This document shows positions 1 through 12,087 of a stretch of DNA of 64,000 nt, one piece after another (position 1 is the first letter of the stretch; every line of letters starts with the position of its first letter). The notes below the pieces were generated by a model. The model was given only the letters and a program-made list of their open reading frames with translations, had not been told where the DNA came from and did no database searches. Source of the stretch: Candidatus Saccharimonadota bacterium (GTDB lineage: Bacteria; Patescibacteriota; Saccharimonadia; CAILAD01; GCA-016700035). Both the position numbers and the translations under genes were made by a program. The stretch is taken from assembly GCA_046350755.1 (NCBI GenBank), contig JAXLZV010000002.1:19379-83378 (forward strand), read 5' to 3'.

Positions 1-401
1 TAGAGCAAAAGCCCGATGCCGATGACTGGTAGAGCGGCTACCCACTCGGCTCCAGTTGCCGGCATGGTGCCAGTGACTGGTGTGATCTGTGGAGTTGAGG
101 ATACGCTTGGGCTTGGGCTCGCAGAAGGCGAGGGTGAAGCCTGGGCCGAAGTCGAAGGTGAAGGCGAAGCCGCCGGAGTAGCGCTCGGAGTCGCCGTGGC
201 ACTGGCTGATACACTCGAGCTCGGGCTCGCGCTTGGGCTGACACTCGAGCTTGGCGAGCTAGTAGTACTCTTCTGCTCAGTAGTGTCTTTTTTTGCCAAC
301 TGCGCCTGGCGCTGACTATTTCCGTAGGCAAAGGTAGCTGCGACAATCAATATCACAATTGCCACACCCAAAATAATTTTCACTGTGTTGTTATTCAACA
401 T
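1..401 (-). CDS. Partial (C-terminus runs off the window) small secreted Ser/Pro/Ala-rich protein. It has an N-terminal hydrophobic helix, and an 'MPATG' motif followed by a hydrophobic stretch near the window edge, which looks like a sortase cell-wall sorting signal.
   Basis: Manual translation of the minus strand from the ATG at 401 gives MLNNNTVKIILGVAIVILIVAATFAYG...SPSASPSPS...TGTMPATGAEWVAALPVIGIGLLL. The ORF is open to position 1. An AGGAA Shine-Dalgarno-like sequence lies 5 nt upstream. It is absent from the ORF track because it has no stop codon inside the window. Confidence 0.4.
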   Translation of the reverse strand, partial: MLNNNTVKIILGVAIVILIVAATFAYGNSQRQAQLAKKDTTEQKSTTSSPSSSVSPSASPSSSVSASATATPSATPAASPSPSTSAQASPSPSASPSPSVSSTPQITPVTGTMPATGAEWVAALPVIGIGLLL

Positions 402-520
402 ATGCGTATTCCTACCTGACAGATATAAGTGGTGATCTAACTGCAAGTTTACCAGGTTAGCGCCAGAGTGCAAGCATAAGGCCTTTGCTCTGGACGCGCT
501 AGCAACGTATCATAAGTACC

Positions 521-1363
521 ATGAGCTGTCTGATTGCCATCGACATCGGCGGAACAAAAATCCGTATCGCCCGGTTGAGCCACCATTACGAGCTGCTCAA
601 TTCGACCACTATTGCAACCCCACACTCCCTGACTGAAGCCAAGCCAGCCATACTTGAAGCCATTGACGTCATGGCCGCTGGCAACCATGTGCAAGCCATT
701 GGCGTCGCCGCCCCGGCGGCAATCGATCGATTAAAAGGCAGCATTGGTCCGTTTTCCAATCTGGCGTGGCCGCGCTTTGCGATTCGGAGCTGGCTGACAC
801 GACAGTATCATTGCCCAGTCATCATCGAACACGACGCGACCGCGGCAGCCATCTGTGAGGCGAATATCGGAGCTGGTCAAAAATATCGCTATCAACTCTT
901 CGTTACGATATCGACTGGCATTGGCAGCGCTCTGACGCTCGACGGAAAACCCCTGCCCGGTCCTCATAATACCGAGGGAGGTCATATTATGCTTGAAGAC
1001 CATCCGCATAGCTTGAGAGCTGGTAGCTTTGAATATCTCGCCAGTGGCCGAGCCATCGTCCGCGAATATGGCAAAATCGCTGCCGAAATCCATAGTGCCA
1101 GTGACTGGTCGGAGATCTCACGCAACTTCGCCCGCGGCTTGCATAACCTCATCATGACGACCGATCCGCAAGTTATCGTCCTCGGTGGCGGTGTTAGCGT
1201 GCACTATAAGCGCTTCATCAAGCCACTCACCCACCACCTCAAAACCTTTAACTCACCACCTTCCTACCCGCCGCCGCCCATCCTACAAGCCAAGTATGTC
1301 GAAACCGCACCGCTACTCGGCGTTGGCTTGCTAGCCAGTGGTGCGGTCCGCGCCGCTGCCTGA
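521..1363 (+). CDS. ROK-family sugar kinase (glucokinase/N-acetylglucosamine kinase-like)
   Basis: The N-terminal 'IAIDIGGTKIR' motif is the ATPase phosphate-1 motif of ROK/BadF-type sugar kinases. The length (280 aa) fits, and there is a Gly-rich 'VLGGGVS' motif near the C-terminus. Confidence 0.6.
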   Translation: MSCLIAIDIGGTKIRIARLSHHYELLNSTTIATPHSLTEAKPAILEAIDVMAAGNHVQAIGVAAPAAIDRLKGSIGPFSNLAWPRFAIRSWLTRQYHCPVIIEHDATAAAICEANIGAGQKYRYQLFVTISTGIGSALTLDGKPLPGPHNTEGGHIMLEDHPHSLRAGSFEYLASGRAIVREYGKIAAEIHSASDWSEISRNFARGLHNLIMTTDPQVIVLGGGVSVHYKRFIKPLTHHLKTFNSPPSYPPPPILQAKYVETAPLLGVGLLASGAVRAAA

Positions 1364-1376
1364 TATACTGAGTGCA

Positions 1377-1835
1377 ATGAGGGTAAACACTACTGGCGAG
1401 ATCACCGCGGCCTATCCGCAGTTTCGCTTCGAATCAGCCGATGAGTTCTGTTACGACGCCGCCGCTGACGTTATCTATTTCGATGAACGAACGCTCGAGT
1501 CTGAATCAGGTCGACTCAGCCTCCTCCACGAAATTGCCCACGCCGAACTCGCCCATTTTGATTTTCAGACCGATTTTGAACTATTTGCGATGGAAACCCG
1601 GGCTTGGGCCCGAACGCGTGATTTGGCCCATTCCTATGGAGTAGATTGCTCGGAGCAATTTATTATCGATTGCCTCACTAGCTACGCCGATTGGGTCACC
1701 GAGCGAGCCACCTGTCCGGCCTGCGAAAATTTCTCACTCCAACAAGATGCAACTACCTATCGCTGCTTCCGCTGTCAAACGCGCTGGCATATCGAAACCG
1801 ATGCCAAAAATCGCGTCCGCCGCGTGAAGCTGTAA
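1377..1835 (+). CDS. Hypothetical zincin-like protein with an HExxH motif ('HEIAHAELAH') and a C-terminal Cys4 zinc-ribbon (CPAC...CFRC)
   Basis: The ORF track gives 1338..1835. The start was moved to the internal ATG (MRVNTTGE) to avoid overlap with the upstream gene. HExxH plus CxxC...CxxC motifs were read directly from the translation. Confidence 0.4.
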   Translation: MRVNTTGEITAAYPQFRFESADEFCYDAAADVIYFDERTLESESGRLSLLHEIAHAELAHFDFQTDFELFAMETRAWARTRDLAHSYGVDCSEQFIIDCLTSYADWVTERATCPACENFSLQQDATTYRCFRCQTRWHIETDAKNRVRRVKL

Positions 1836-1848
1836 TTAAACCCTCAAC

Positions 1849-1876
1849 AAAAAAGACCTCCGAAGAGGTCTTTTTT
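1849..1876. terminator. Bidirectional Rho-independent terminator between convergent genes
   Basis: An A-run (1849-1854) precedes the hairpin GACCTC-cgaa-GAGGTC (1855-1870), followed by TTTTTT (1871-1876). It lies between the stop of the 1377..1835 gene (1835) and the stop of the minus-strand 1891..2085 gene. Confidence 0.7.
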
Positions 1877-1890
1877 AATCGAAAGAATAC

Positions 1891-2085
1891 TTACTTAGCT
1901 TCAGCCTTCTTACGAGCTCGGCCACCTTTGGCGCCGGCAATGCGGGCTAGCTCAGGGTTAGCGGCAAAACCACCACCTGTGCTTTTCTTACCACCGATCG
2001 CACCGATGCGAACGTAAAAAGCCTTACCGTAACGTTTCTTGTTAGTTTCAGCGGCCTTGCGACCACCTTCGATTGTTCCTGGCAT
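1891..2085 (-). CDS. Small KGG-repeat stress-induced protein (YciG-like)
   Basis: The 64 aa Gly/Lys-rich protein has repeated 'GGKK/GGRK...GG' units and an 'ANPELARIAGAKGG' segment typical of KGG-motif stress proteins. A perfect AAGGAGG Shine-Dalgarno sequence lies 5 nt upstream of the ATG. Confidence 0.45.
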   Translation of the reverse strand: MPGTIEGGRKAAETNKKRYGKAFYVRIGAIGGKKSTGGGFAANPELARIAGAKGGRARKKAEAK

Positions 2086-2217
2086 GCGTGCCTCCTTATG
2101 ATTAGTGTCATAAAAAGAGCTCGCTGCGCATGAAGCCGACCCTCCACGGTCAGCACAGTGTAACTCCGCCCTTTCATCGGAAGCGTGGAGCTTCTTCCGA
2201 AACGGTTATGCAGAGAT

Positions 2218-2246
2218 ATTCTATCAGCTTAAGCTTTATCTGTCAA
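2218..2246 (-). promoter_or_regulatory. Sigma70-type promoter (TTGACA-17 nt-TAGAAT) driving the KGG gene through a ~125 nt leader
   Basis: Minus-strand reading: TTGACAgataaagcttaagctgaTAGAAT. The -35 box is at 2241-2246, the -10 box at 2218-2223, and the spacer is 17 nt. The gene starts at 2085. Confidence 0.5.
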
Positions 2247-2280
2247 TACTTTTATGCTGCGAATACTTGAGTCAAAATTA

Positions 2281-3363
2281 TTAGAGCTGTGAGACAGTAA
2301 AGTCATCAAAGTTGAAGTTCGCATAATCACCGCGCACACCCACCTGACCGCTACTACGCAGTGGTGTGTAGGCAGCGGTTGAATACTTCCCTGGCGTCGA
2401 GCAACCACTCGACCAGCTTGGGTTAGTGCCACCGGCATCAGTTCCAGTTACCAATGGTGTCGTGCCACTCTTATTCAAATCGTAGAGCTTCAGACCCACG
2501 CTACCATCAGCATTATCAACAACGGTTAGACTGTAGCGGTTCCATTGCCCAACTGACCAGTTATTTGGCACATAATTACCAAGTACAAAATAGGTACCCG
2601 AGTTATCCGAGCCACACGGCACTTTTCGCTTCAAGACAACATTACCATCCGCCCGATTAACCGAGGCGTAGTAGAGATTATATTGACTCTGATAGCGTGC
2701 CCAAATGTGGGTCCCGTGCCAGCAGGTATCGTTAGCATTACAGTTCGCGTCATGAATGTCAGTATTTTGCCGCAAACTCAGGTCGATCTGGATATTGCCT
2801 GAGTAGGACTGTTTGGTATTGAGACGAAAGATCGAAGAGTTATTACAATTACTCGAAGTCGCATTCGGATCGACTGAGCCACCGCTACAATCATCCGGGA
2901 CTCCGGTCCAAGCTGTCTGGTTTTGCGCAAACAGCGAGCCGCTCGTCATATCCCAGAGGGTACTTGGCTTCGCATCCACTGCGCCTAAATTCCAATGCGT
3001 GTACTCGCCCGTAATCAAACCGTTACTATAATTGTTAAAGTTTTCGAAGAGTAAGGTAGCTACTGGAGTGGGGCTGATGGTAGTCGGCGCAGGTGCTAAA
3101 AATTCAACATAGCTCCCACCAGATGCATCGCTCGCGGCTGCACCAGTGACCACCTTCACATTACCCCCAGTAGCTGGCCAAGTCTCGACCTCAGTAGCGA
3201 TCAGGCTACCCGCAAAGACTCGCCAGATGACAAAACCGCCTAGCACCAGTATAAGTCCAAGAACTACCGCTAGCTGAGCCTTTGAGGCCTTAAAGGGAGC
3301 CGTGAGACCCGACTGGGTCTTTGAGCGGGCGACATTACTTTTGCGGGTAGTTTTTGTAGTCAT
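2281..3363 (-). CDS. Secreted protein of the paralog family, N-module type: Lys/Arg-rich N-terminus, one transmembrane helix, an 'ETWPATGG...YVEFLAP' module, and a C-terminal domain of unknown (possibly carbohydrate-binding) function
   Basis: The start is set to the internal ATG (MTTKTTRKSNVARSK...), which aligns with paralogs 4163..5695 and 16308..17600. The ORF track extends to 3387 only through a TTG start. The product has no C-terminal CFLIWCW tag. Confidence 0.55.
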   Translation of the reverse strand: MTTKTTRKSNVARSKTQSGLTAPFKASKAQLAVVLGLILVLGGFVIWRVFAGSLIATEVETWPATGGNVKVVTGAAASDASGGSYVEFLAPAPTTISPTPVATLLFENFNNYSNGLITGEYTHWNLGAVDAKPSTLWDMTSGSLFAQNQTAWTGVPDDCSGGSVDPNATSSNCNNSSIFRLNTKQSYSGNIQIDLSLRQNTDIHDANCNANDTCWHGTHIWARYQSQYNLYYASVNRADGNVVLKRKVPCGSDNSGTYFVLGNYVPNNWSVGQWNRYSLTVVDNADGSVGLKLYDLNKSGTTPLVTGTDAGGTNPSWSSGCSTPGKYSTAAYTPLRSSGQVGVRGDYANFNFDDFTVSQL

Positions 3364-3377
3364 AGTTTTATCAAAAT

Positions 3378-3411
3378 AGCATAACAAGTAGAATGTGTTA
3401 CTTGTTATGCT
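3378..3411. promoter_or_regulatory. Perfect 13-8-13 inverted repeat (AGCATAACAAGTA-gaatgtgt-TACTTGTTATGCT) overlapping the -10/+1 region of the 2281..3363 gene promoter. It is either an operator candidate or the terminator hairpin of the upstream gene.
   Basis: The arms are exact reverse complements. A candidate promoter TTGACC(3430-3435)-17 nt-TAGCAT(3407-3412) on the minus strand places the transcription start inside the palindrome. Confidence 0.45.
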
Positions 3412-3431
3412 ACTTCTGAGCGCAGCCTAGG

Positions 3432-3929
3432 TCAAGCTTTGGCAGCTGGCTTGGCTGGTGGTTGAGTTGAGCCAGAGCCAAGATCGATCGGCTGAGGGCC
3501 ATGATACTTAGCCTTACCAAAGGCCAAGATCAGTGTTCCAACTGGTGAGAATATGATGAGCCCAAGGATGGCAAATAGCGTGTCCTTGCCGAAGGCTTTT
3601 GCCAAATCAAGCATAATCAGGATCCCAACAATCAGGTTTACAAACGGCACAAAGAGCAGCAGTAGCCACCACCCTGGTCGACCAACAATCTCGAGCATAA
3701 TGTAATAGTTATAGATTGGAATCAGCGCCTTCCAGCCCGGTCGTCCAGCCTTCTCGAAGATCTTCCACATCGCCACGAGCATAATGACCACGAAGACCAA
3801 CATAAATAAGAAATACGCGCCTAAAAACGCGCCTAGCCCAGCTGCTTGCGCACCCGATAATTCGGTTGTCGTGGCATAGTCATAGCTATCAAAGCTCGTC
3901 TCTGCCAATTGCATAAATACTGATAACAT
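3432..3929 (-). CDS. Small polytopic membrane protein (4 predicted transmembrane helices; conserved 'WKIFEKAGRPGWKALIPIYN...GRPGWW' motif family)
   Basis: Hydrophobicity pattern was read from the translation. A GGGAG Shine-Dalgarno sequence lies 6 nt upstream. The gene is embedded in the secreted-paralog array. Confidence 0.5.
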   Translation of the reverse strand: MLSVFMQLAETSFDSYDYATTTELSGAQAAGLGAFLGAYFLFMLVFVVIMLVAMWKIFEKAGRPGWKALIPIYNYYIMLEIVGRPGWWLLLLFVPFVNLIVGILIMLDLAKAFGKDTLFAILGLIIFSPVGTLILAFGKAKYHGPQPIDLGSGSTQPPAKPAAKA

Positions 3930-4162
3930 AATTACTCCCTCAAGTTATTACTGCTCTAAGTCTACGCTTACCTCTACTTCAGCCGCAAGTCGTCTATTCG
4001 ACCCAGCAGAAGAACAAGAAACAACGCATCGTGGCAGACTTGATGTTCATGGGGAGCCTTTATATCTATTGATGTTATGTATACGTATCTGCCACTATCT
4101 AAACATAAGTGAATTGATTTGAAGCAGGTTTGTATATCCGGTACTTTGCTTCGCTGCCGAGT

Positions 4163-5695
4163 CTACTGCTGCTTGGATTGAAGTAAGTTTTTGATAACTG
4201 CTCCGTATGGGAAAGTTGCCCCCGTGTTATTGTCGGTCACGAGGCTTGGCCCGTAGCAGCCTTCGCCAGAGTCCCAGGCCCAAGACGTATGAGCATACTG
4301 ATGGGTCTCCGCCCAATTAAAGCTATTCGTCACAAAGTCAGTTCCTGATTGGTCGAGGGGACAATGCATCGTACCGTATTCGCCTAGATAGAACGGCATG
4401 ACCGTATTAATATTTGGTACCGGATATGCATAGTCTGGTCCTGGTCCGTGACCGTCTTTCAACTGAGAATCGAAATAGGCTTGCGAGGATGCGTCGCCAG
4501 CATTGGTGCCGCTGATGTCCTGGTAGGCATGGACTGATGCTGCAAGCTGTTTCAGCGGATCATTCGGCTTGTACGCACCCATGAGACCAATTCCACCATT
4601 ACCAGCACCAATTGTTTCGTACATAATCACGTTGGTTGCACCGGTAGCTCGAATCGTATTGACGAGTTCCTGTGTACCAGCAATATGAAGTGTTTTACCC
4701 ACATTAGCGAGCGCCACTGTACGACCATCGCTGGCAGTGTATATATAGTCACCCCCATCTCGGGCGAGCTTCCAGCCCCATTCTTCGGCCGCCCAATAGT
4801 TACCGCTCACGATACTACTCGGACAGCCACTACCAGTTCGGCACCAAATGGTTGGCTCATTGTAGAGGTCAAAGGCAACGTTCGGATACGCCTTATAGGC
4901 TGTGGCAACCTGCTGCCAGAATGGTATTGAGTGCTCTTTATTTGGGCCAACATCCATGCCGTTGTAGTCGCCATTATAGCTATTTTTTCCAGGTAGCCAA
5001 TCACTAAAGCCGGTTGACCACTGTAAGTCGAGAACAACATACATACCCTGGGCACTCAGCTTATCGACCACACGCTTTAAGAATGCTTGATAATTCGCAC
5101 CCGCGTAGGCAGCCGGTGCACCATTGATACCAAGCCAACATTCTTCATGTAAGGGCAAGCGGACAGTATTGATCGCATGGCCACCCTTTGATGTATTGTC
5201 CCAATTTAGCAGAGACGTCGCCACCGTATCGGCATAAGCTAGCTGAGTGGCGTTATTTGTACCACCTTGATCAGTAATAAATTTATTCTGTTGAGTGCAT
5301 GCGAACTCCATGCCGGCTCGATTGATGCCACGTGGTGTGATCACTTTGCCGCTACCATCGACGAACTTGTCTCCAGACACTCTTAGCACCGGTGCCCCTG
5401 ATGGTACAGGTGTAACAGTTGGTGTGAGAAACTCTAAATAGCTCCCACCCGAGGCGGTATTATCGGCGACGGTCTTAGTATTCCCACCACTGGCTGGCCA
5501 AGTCTCAACTTCGGTTTGGCTGGTAGCGGCCAGGACGCGCCAGACAATGATGCCACCGATGACGAGGATTAAGCCAATGACGATCGCTAGTTGTGACTTA
5601 GAGAACCTAAACTTAGCATTCAGAGCTGACTTACTCCTGGGCCGAGCGACGTTGCTCTTGCGAGTGGAGGTTTTGCGGATAGTTTGAGCGGCCAT
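4163..5695 (-). CDS. Secreted GH5-family glycoside hydrolase (cellulase/mannanase-like), N-module type paralog
   Basis: GH5 catalytic signatures are present: acid/base 'VAFDLYNEPT' (NEP) and nucleophile 'FYLGEYGT'. The N-terminus is MAAQTIRKTSTRKSNVARPRSK plus a transmembrane helix plus the 'ETWPASGG...YLEFLTP' module. Confidence 0.75.
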   Translation of the reverse strand: MAAQTIRKTSTRKSNVARPRSKSALNAKFRFSKSQLAIVIGLILVIGGIIVWRVLAATSQTEVETWPASGGNTKTVADNTASGGSYLEFLTPTVTPVPSGAPVLRVSGDKFVDGSGKVITPRGINRAGMEFACTQQNKFITDQGGTNNATQLAYADTVATSLLNWDNTSKGGHAINTVRLPLHEECWLGINGAPAAYAGANYQAFLKRVVDKLSAQGMYVVLDLQWSTGFSDWLPGKNSYNGDYNGMDVGPNKEHSIPFWQQVATAYKAYPNVAFDLYNEPTIWCRTGSGCPSSIVSGNYWAAEEWGWKLARDGGDYIYTASDGRTVALANVGKTLHIAGTQELVNTIRATGATNVIMYETIGAGNGGIGLMGAYKPNDPLKQLAASVHAYQDISGTNAGDASSQAYFDSQLKDGHGPGPDYAYPVPNINTVMPFYLGEYGTMHCPLDQSGTDFVTNSFNWAETHQYAHTSWAWDSGEGCYGPSLVTDNNTGATFPYGAVIKNLLQSKQQ

Positions 5696-5757
5696 ATTTA
5701 TATAATGCTTAAGCGAAACAATTAACTACATAGTATCACAATCAATATATTCGCCAT

Positions 5758-5784
5758 ACAAAAAGACCACGTTTGCACGTGGTC
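5758..5784 (-). terminator. Rho-independent terminator downstream of 5S rRNA
   Basis: Hairpin GACCACG-tttgca-CGTGGTC (5765-5784) is followed on the minus strand by a TTTTT run (the complement of AAAAA at 5760-5764). Confidence 0.6.
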
Positions 5785-5794
5785 TTGATGAAAA

Positions 5795-5909
5795 TCCGGC
5801 ACTGCGCTACTTTCCCGGGGTTACCAGTATCATCGCCGCAGGAGGGCTTAACTGCTGTGTTCGGTATGGGAACAGGTGGATCCCCTCCGCCATAAGCACC
5901 GGCCATAAT
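5795..5909 (-). rRNA. rrf: 5S rRNA
   Basis: The reverse complement aligns with the bacterial 5S consensus (GGCCGGTG...CCACCTG.TCCCATACCGAACACAG...). The length is ~114 nt and it sits immediately 3' of the 23S. Confidence 0.8.
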
Positions 5910-6077
5910 CCTCACAGAAAGGACTCTGGCCGGCACCCATGGGTGCCTCTTTTGCAGTTCATAAACTGCCAAATTCTTACAAAGTGTGTGATCCTTTTTC
6001 TGGAATATGATAGACGCGCTATGCGTGTCAGTCAGTTCCTTACTGTACGTTGCCAGACAAGCTGATCACGTACAGTC

Positions 6078-9367
<3,290 letters not shown>

Positions 9368-9605
9368 TTTTTCTCTCTATGGAGTGACTGACACGCAAAG
9401 CGTATCGTCTTATCCGAAAAAGAAATCACAATATTTTTTACCCTTTTTCTCGTAAGTATGAAGTTGTGAACGTTCGATACAAAAAAGCGTGGTATCTACC
9501 GGAGACAACCACGCGTGAAATTCCAACAAACTCTGGTTAACCGGTGGTTTCTCCTGGGTTTTGTTGTCTACTCACGTGTGGCTGTCCTCGCTTTAGTGCC
9601 TCATT

Positions 9606-9634
9606 AGCGTACCATGCCCATATGCTATGGGTCA
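9606..9634 (-). promoter_or_regulatory. Candidate rRNA promoter for the stand-alone 23S-5S unit (TTGACC-17 nt-TACGCT)
   Basis: The -35 box is at 9629-9634 and the -10 box at 9606-9611 on the minus strand. It lies ~230 nt upstream of the 23S 5' end. The unit needs its own promoter because the 16S is unlinked. Confidence 0.3.
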
Positions 9635-9686
9635 ATACTTTTTCCTATCAAGAGTTCAGAGTATCAAGATAAGTCTAAATACTGCC

Positions 9687-11441
9687 CTACTCCCCCCAAC
9701 ACCAGATGATGAAGCAACGACCAGTGAGCTTGGTGTTAGCTGGTAGAGATGAGTTGGTAGCTGCATCTTTAGCGTAGATGTCGTAGCTGTAGAGGATATT
9801 GGGTTGGAGATTGTAGTCTTTGAAGTTAGTGGTGGTAGTAGTACCAAGACTTGTGTTATTACGTCTTACTTCATAGCTTGTTACACCTACATTATCGTAG
9901 GATGCAGTCCAAGTTAGATTGGTGTAGTAGGCAAACTTTAGGGCGTCATAGTTAACGCTAGCTTTGACGCTGCTGGGAGCTGAAGGAGCCGTAGTATCGG
10001 TGGTTGGTGGGGGTGGAGTGGTGGGGGATGCTTGGGTGGTAGCAGAGGTAGTTGCACCAGTGGATACAAGACCACCTACATCCTTAGCTGTAACTTTATA
10101 GTTATATTTAGTAGCTGGAGTTAGGCCAGTGTCAGAGAAGGATAGCTTAGGGCCAGAGTAGATTTGTTTATCATTACGAGTCACGGTGTAGTTGAGAGTC
10201 CCTGTACTATCATCAGTGGCTACTGGCCAAGTGAGATTGATTTGTGTACTAGAGATGACTGAGGCAGAGAGACTAGCTGGACCTACTGGTGCTTTATTAC
10301 CAGGAGTTGGTGTGGGGCTAGGAGTGACGGTAGTGGTAGGTGGTGTTGGGGAGGGGGTGGAGGTGGAGGTACCAGGAAATACAGTTACCGTTGGGGTTGG
10401 CCCAGTAGGCTGCCCCTCTCCAGTACGACATGGTACGCGGAATTTCCCGGTCAAGGTTGGACTACCACCATTCTTGCGATCAAACAGATATCCATCAAAA
10501 TTCCAAGTATTAAACTGAGGACAGAAAGTGTCGGTAAATTTGGCCTGCGCTACCTGATCATTGTATTCTGCAACTGCCACGTTCTTACCACGCTCAATAA
10601 AGGCCTTCAAGTTTGGGCAAGTATCTTTATAAGAGACAAGACATTCTTCAATCAATGCCCAATCATACACATCTGCTACTACTCGTCCGTCGGCAAACTT
10701 TTCTCGAGCCAGCTCTGGCACATTCTTTAAGGCAATCATCATACCTCGCTTATGAGCTTCATCAGCCAGAAACTTCATATAATCTAATTGTTGTGCCTTA
10801 GTCGGTACTTTCACTTTTCCAGAAGCATCATATTCAGCTTGGCTGTAGGTATAATTGTCCAGCCAATCTGGTTCTATCCCTTGACAGCCTTTCTCTTTTG
10901 AAACATCCATCCGCCCCGCCATAATACTTCGTACTGTTGGATCCATAATGTCTATCCAGCGCTCATCGCCCCAGTTCTGTGGGTCAGTTGCTGAAACTGC
11001 TGAGGCTGGAAACTTATTATAATCTGGGCGCCACTGAGCCGCTGTCCCAACTTCAAAATAGCAAGTTACCAGTGCATTCTGAGACTTCATGGTTGCAACT
11101 TGTGCGCTACTTACATCTTCGTAGTCAAAATCATAATGTTTTTTAGGATTAGCTTCGGTAGCTAATGCATTAACTTTTGGAGTATTTTCCAACTGCCACC
11201 AAAAACTAGTGTAAGGGGCGAGACGCGGAATAGTAGCAGTTGCTGGATAACTACCAACACCCGGCGTTGCTGCCCAAGCCAACAGCGCATAAAGACCACC
11301 ATATAAAATTACCGCGCCGGCCACAATCGCCAAAATACCTAGATTAATATTCTTTACTGTAGATACTCTACTCGAAGTCTTAGCAGTCTTAGCGCTAGAT
11401 CCTCTAGACTTAGATTGATTTCGTTTCTTAGTAGCTGGCAT
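9687..11441 (-). CDS. Secreted GH114-like (endo-alpha-1,4-polygalactosaminidase/PelA-hydrolase-like TIM-barrel) protein with a Thr/Pro linker, 2 FN3 domains and the C-terminal tag 'GRCFIIWCWGE'
   Basis: 'VTCYFEVGTAAQWRPDY' and 'GCQGIEPDWLDNYTY' resemble the GH114 CY.S.G..E.WR and DG.FLDN.D signatures. The N-terminus is MPATKKRNQSKSRG plus a transmembrane helix. The FN3 pattern (W...SxD..GV..Y.V.RN) is repeated twice. Confidence 0.5.
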   Translation of the reverse strand: MPATKKRNQSKSRGSSAKTAKTSSRVSTVKNINLGILAIVAGAVILYGGLYALLAWAATPGVGSYPATATIPRLAPYTSFWWQLENTPKVNALATEANPKKHYDFDYEDVSSAQVATMKSQNALVTCYFEVGTAAQWRPDYNKFPASAVSATDPQNWGDERWIDIMDPTVRSIMAGRMDVSKEKGCQGIEPDWLDNYTYSQAEYDASGKVKVPTKAQQLDYMKFLADEAHKRGMMIALKNVPELAREKFADGRVVADVYDWALIEECLVSYKDTCPNLKAFIERGKNVAVAEYNDQVAQAKFTDTFCPQFNTWNFDGYLFDRKNGGSPTLTGKFRVPCRTGEGQPTGPTPTVTVFPGTSTSTPSPTPPTTTVTPSPTPTPGNKAPVGPASLSASVISSTQINLTWPVATDDSTGTLNYTVTRNDKQIYSGPKLSFSDTGLTPATKYNYKVTAKDVGGLVSTGATTSATTQASPTTPPPPTTDTTAPSAPSSVKASVNYDALKFAYYTNLTWTASYDNVGVTSYEVRRNNTSLGTTTTTNFKDYNLQPNILYSYDIYAKDAATNSSLPANTKLTGRCFIIWCWGE

Positions 11442-11520
11442 GGTATTTAATGATCCTTTTTGTATTAATACTTGTGAGTTAGTTTAAGCTTAAGGGTTTT
11501 ATTTAAATCCGTCAAATCCT

Positions 11521-12087
11521 CTACTCCGCCCAACACCAGATGAGGAAGCAACGACCAACCAGGCGGGCTGAGGTGGCAGTGCTGGTGTTACCGGCCGCAT
11601 CACGGGCTTGGATGTCGTAGGTGTAATAGGTATTGGCAGCAATGTTGTAGTCTTGGAAGTTGGTCTTCGTAGGAGTACCAAGGGTAGTACCATTGCGTTT
11701 GACGACGTAACTGGTCACGCCCACGTTGTCGGTACTAGATCCCCAGCTCAGATTAGTGTAGTAGCTGAAGCGGAAGGCATCCCAGACGATATTGCCTTTG
11801 ACGTTGGTGGGAGCTGATGGAGCTGTCGTGTCAGCTGGTGGCGGTGGAGGTGGGGTGATGGTCGTCGTAGTCGTTGGGGTTGGTGATGGAGCTAGAGTGG
11901 TGACGGACAGGGTGGCACCGGTGCTGGTGTTACCAGCGGCGTCACGAGCGACCACTTTGTACTGGTAGGTAGTACCAGCCGTCAGACCAGTGTCATTGGT
12001 AGAGAGACTAGTACCAGTAGCGATTTGAGTACCATTACGGGTTACGACGTAGCTGGTGACACCGACGTTGTCAGTAGCAGCAGGCCA
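11521..12087. repeat. 567 bp block 100% identical to 17652..18218 (it encodes the last FN3 domain, linker and CFLIWCWAE tag of two different beta-helix proteins)
   Basis: Identical plus-strand ORF translations (11608..11817 versus 17739..17948) and direct nucleotide comparison. The two sequences diverge immediately upstream of the block (gtcaaatcct versus gtcaatcttcc) and downstream of it. Confidence 0.85.

Noticed and set aside
16-346. ORFs 16..315 (+) 'GEGEAWAEVEGEGE...' and 38..346 (-) Arg-rich
   Set aside because: They are alternative frames of the Ser/Pro-rich minus-strand gene that starts at 401. The compositional bias (GEGE / RLRL) is the signature of out-of-frame reading of SPSPS codons.
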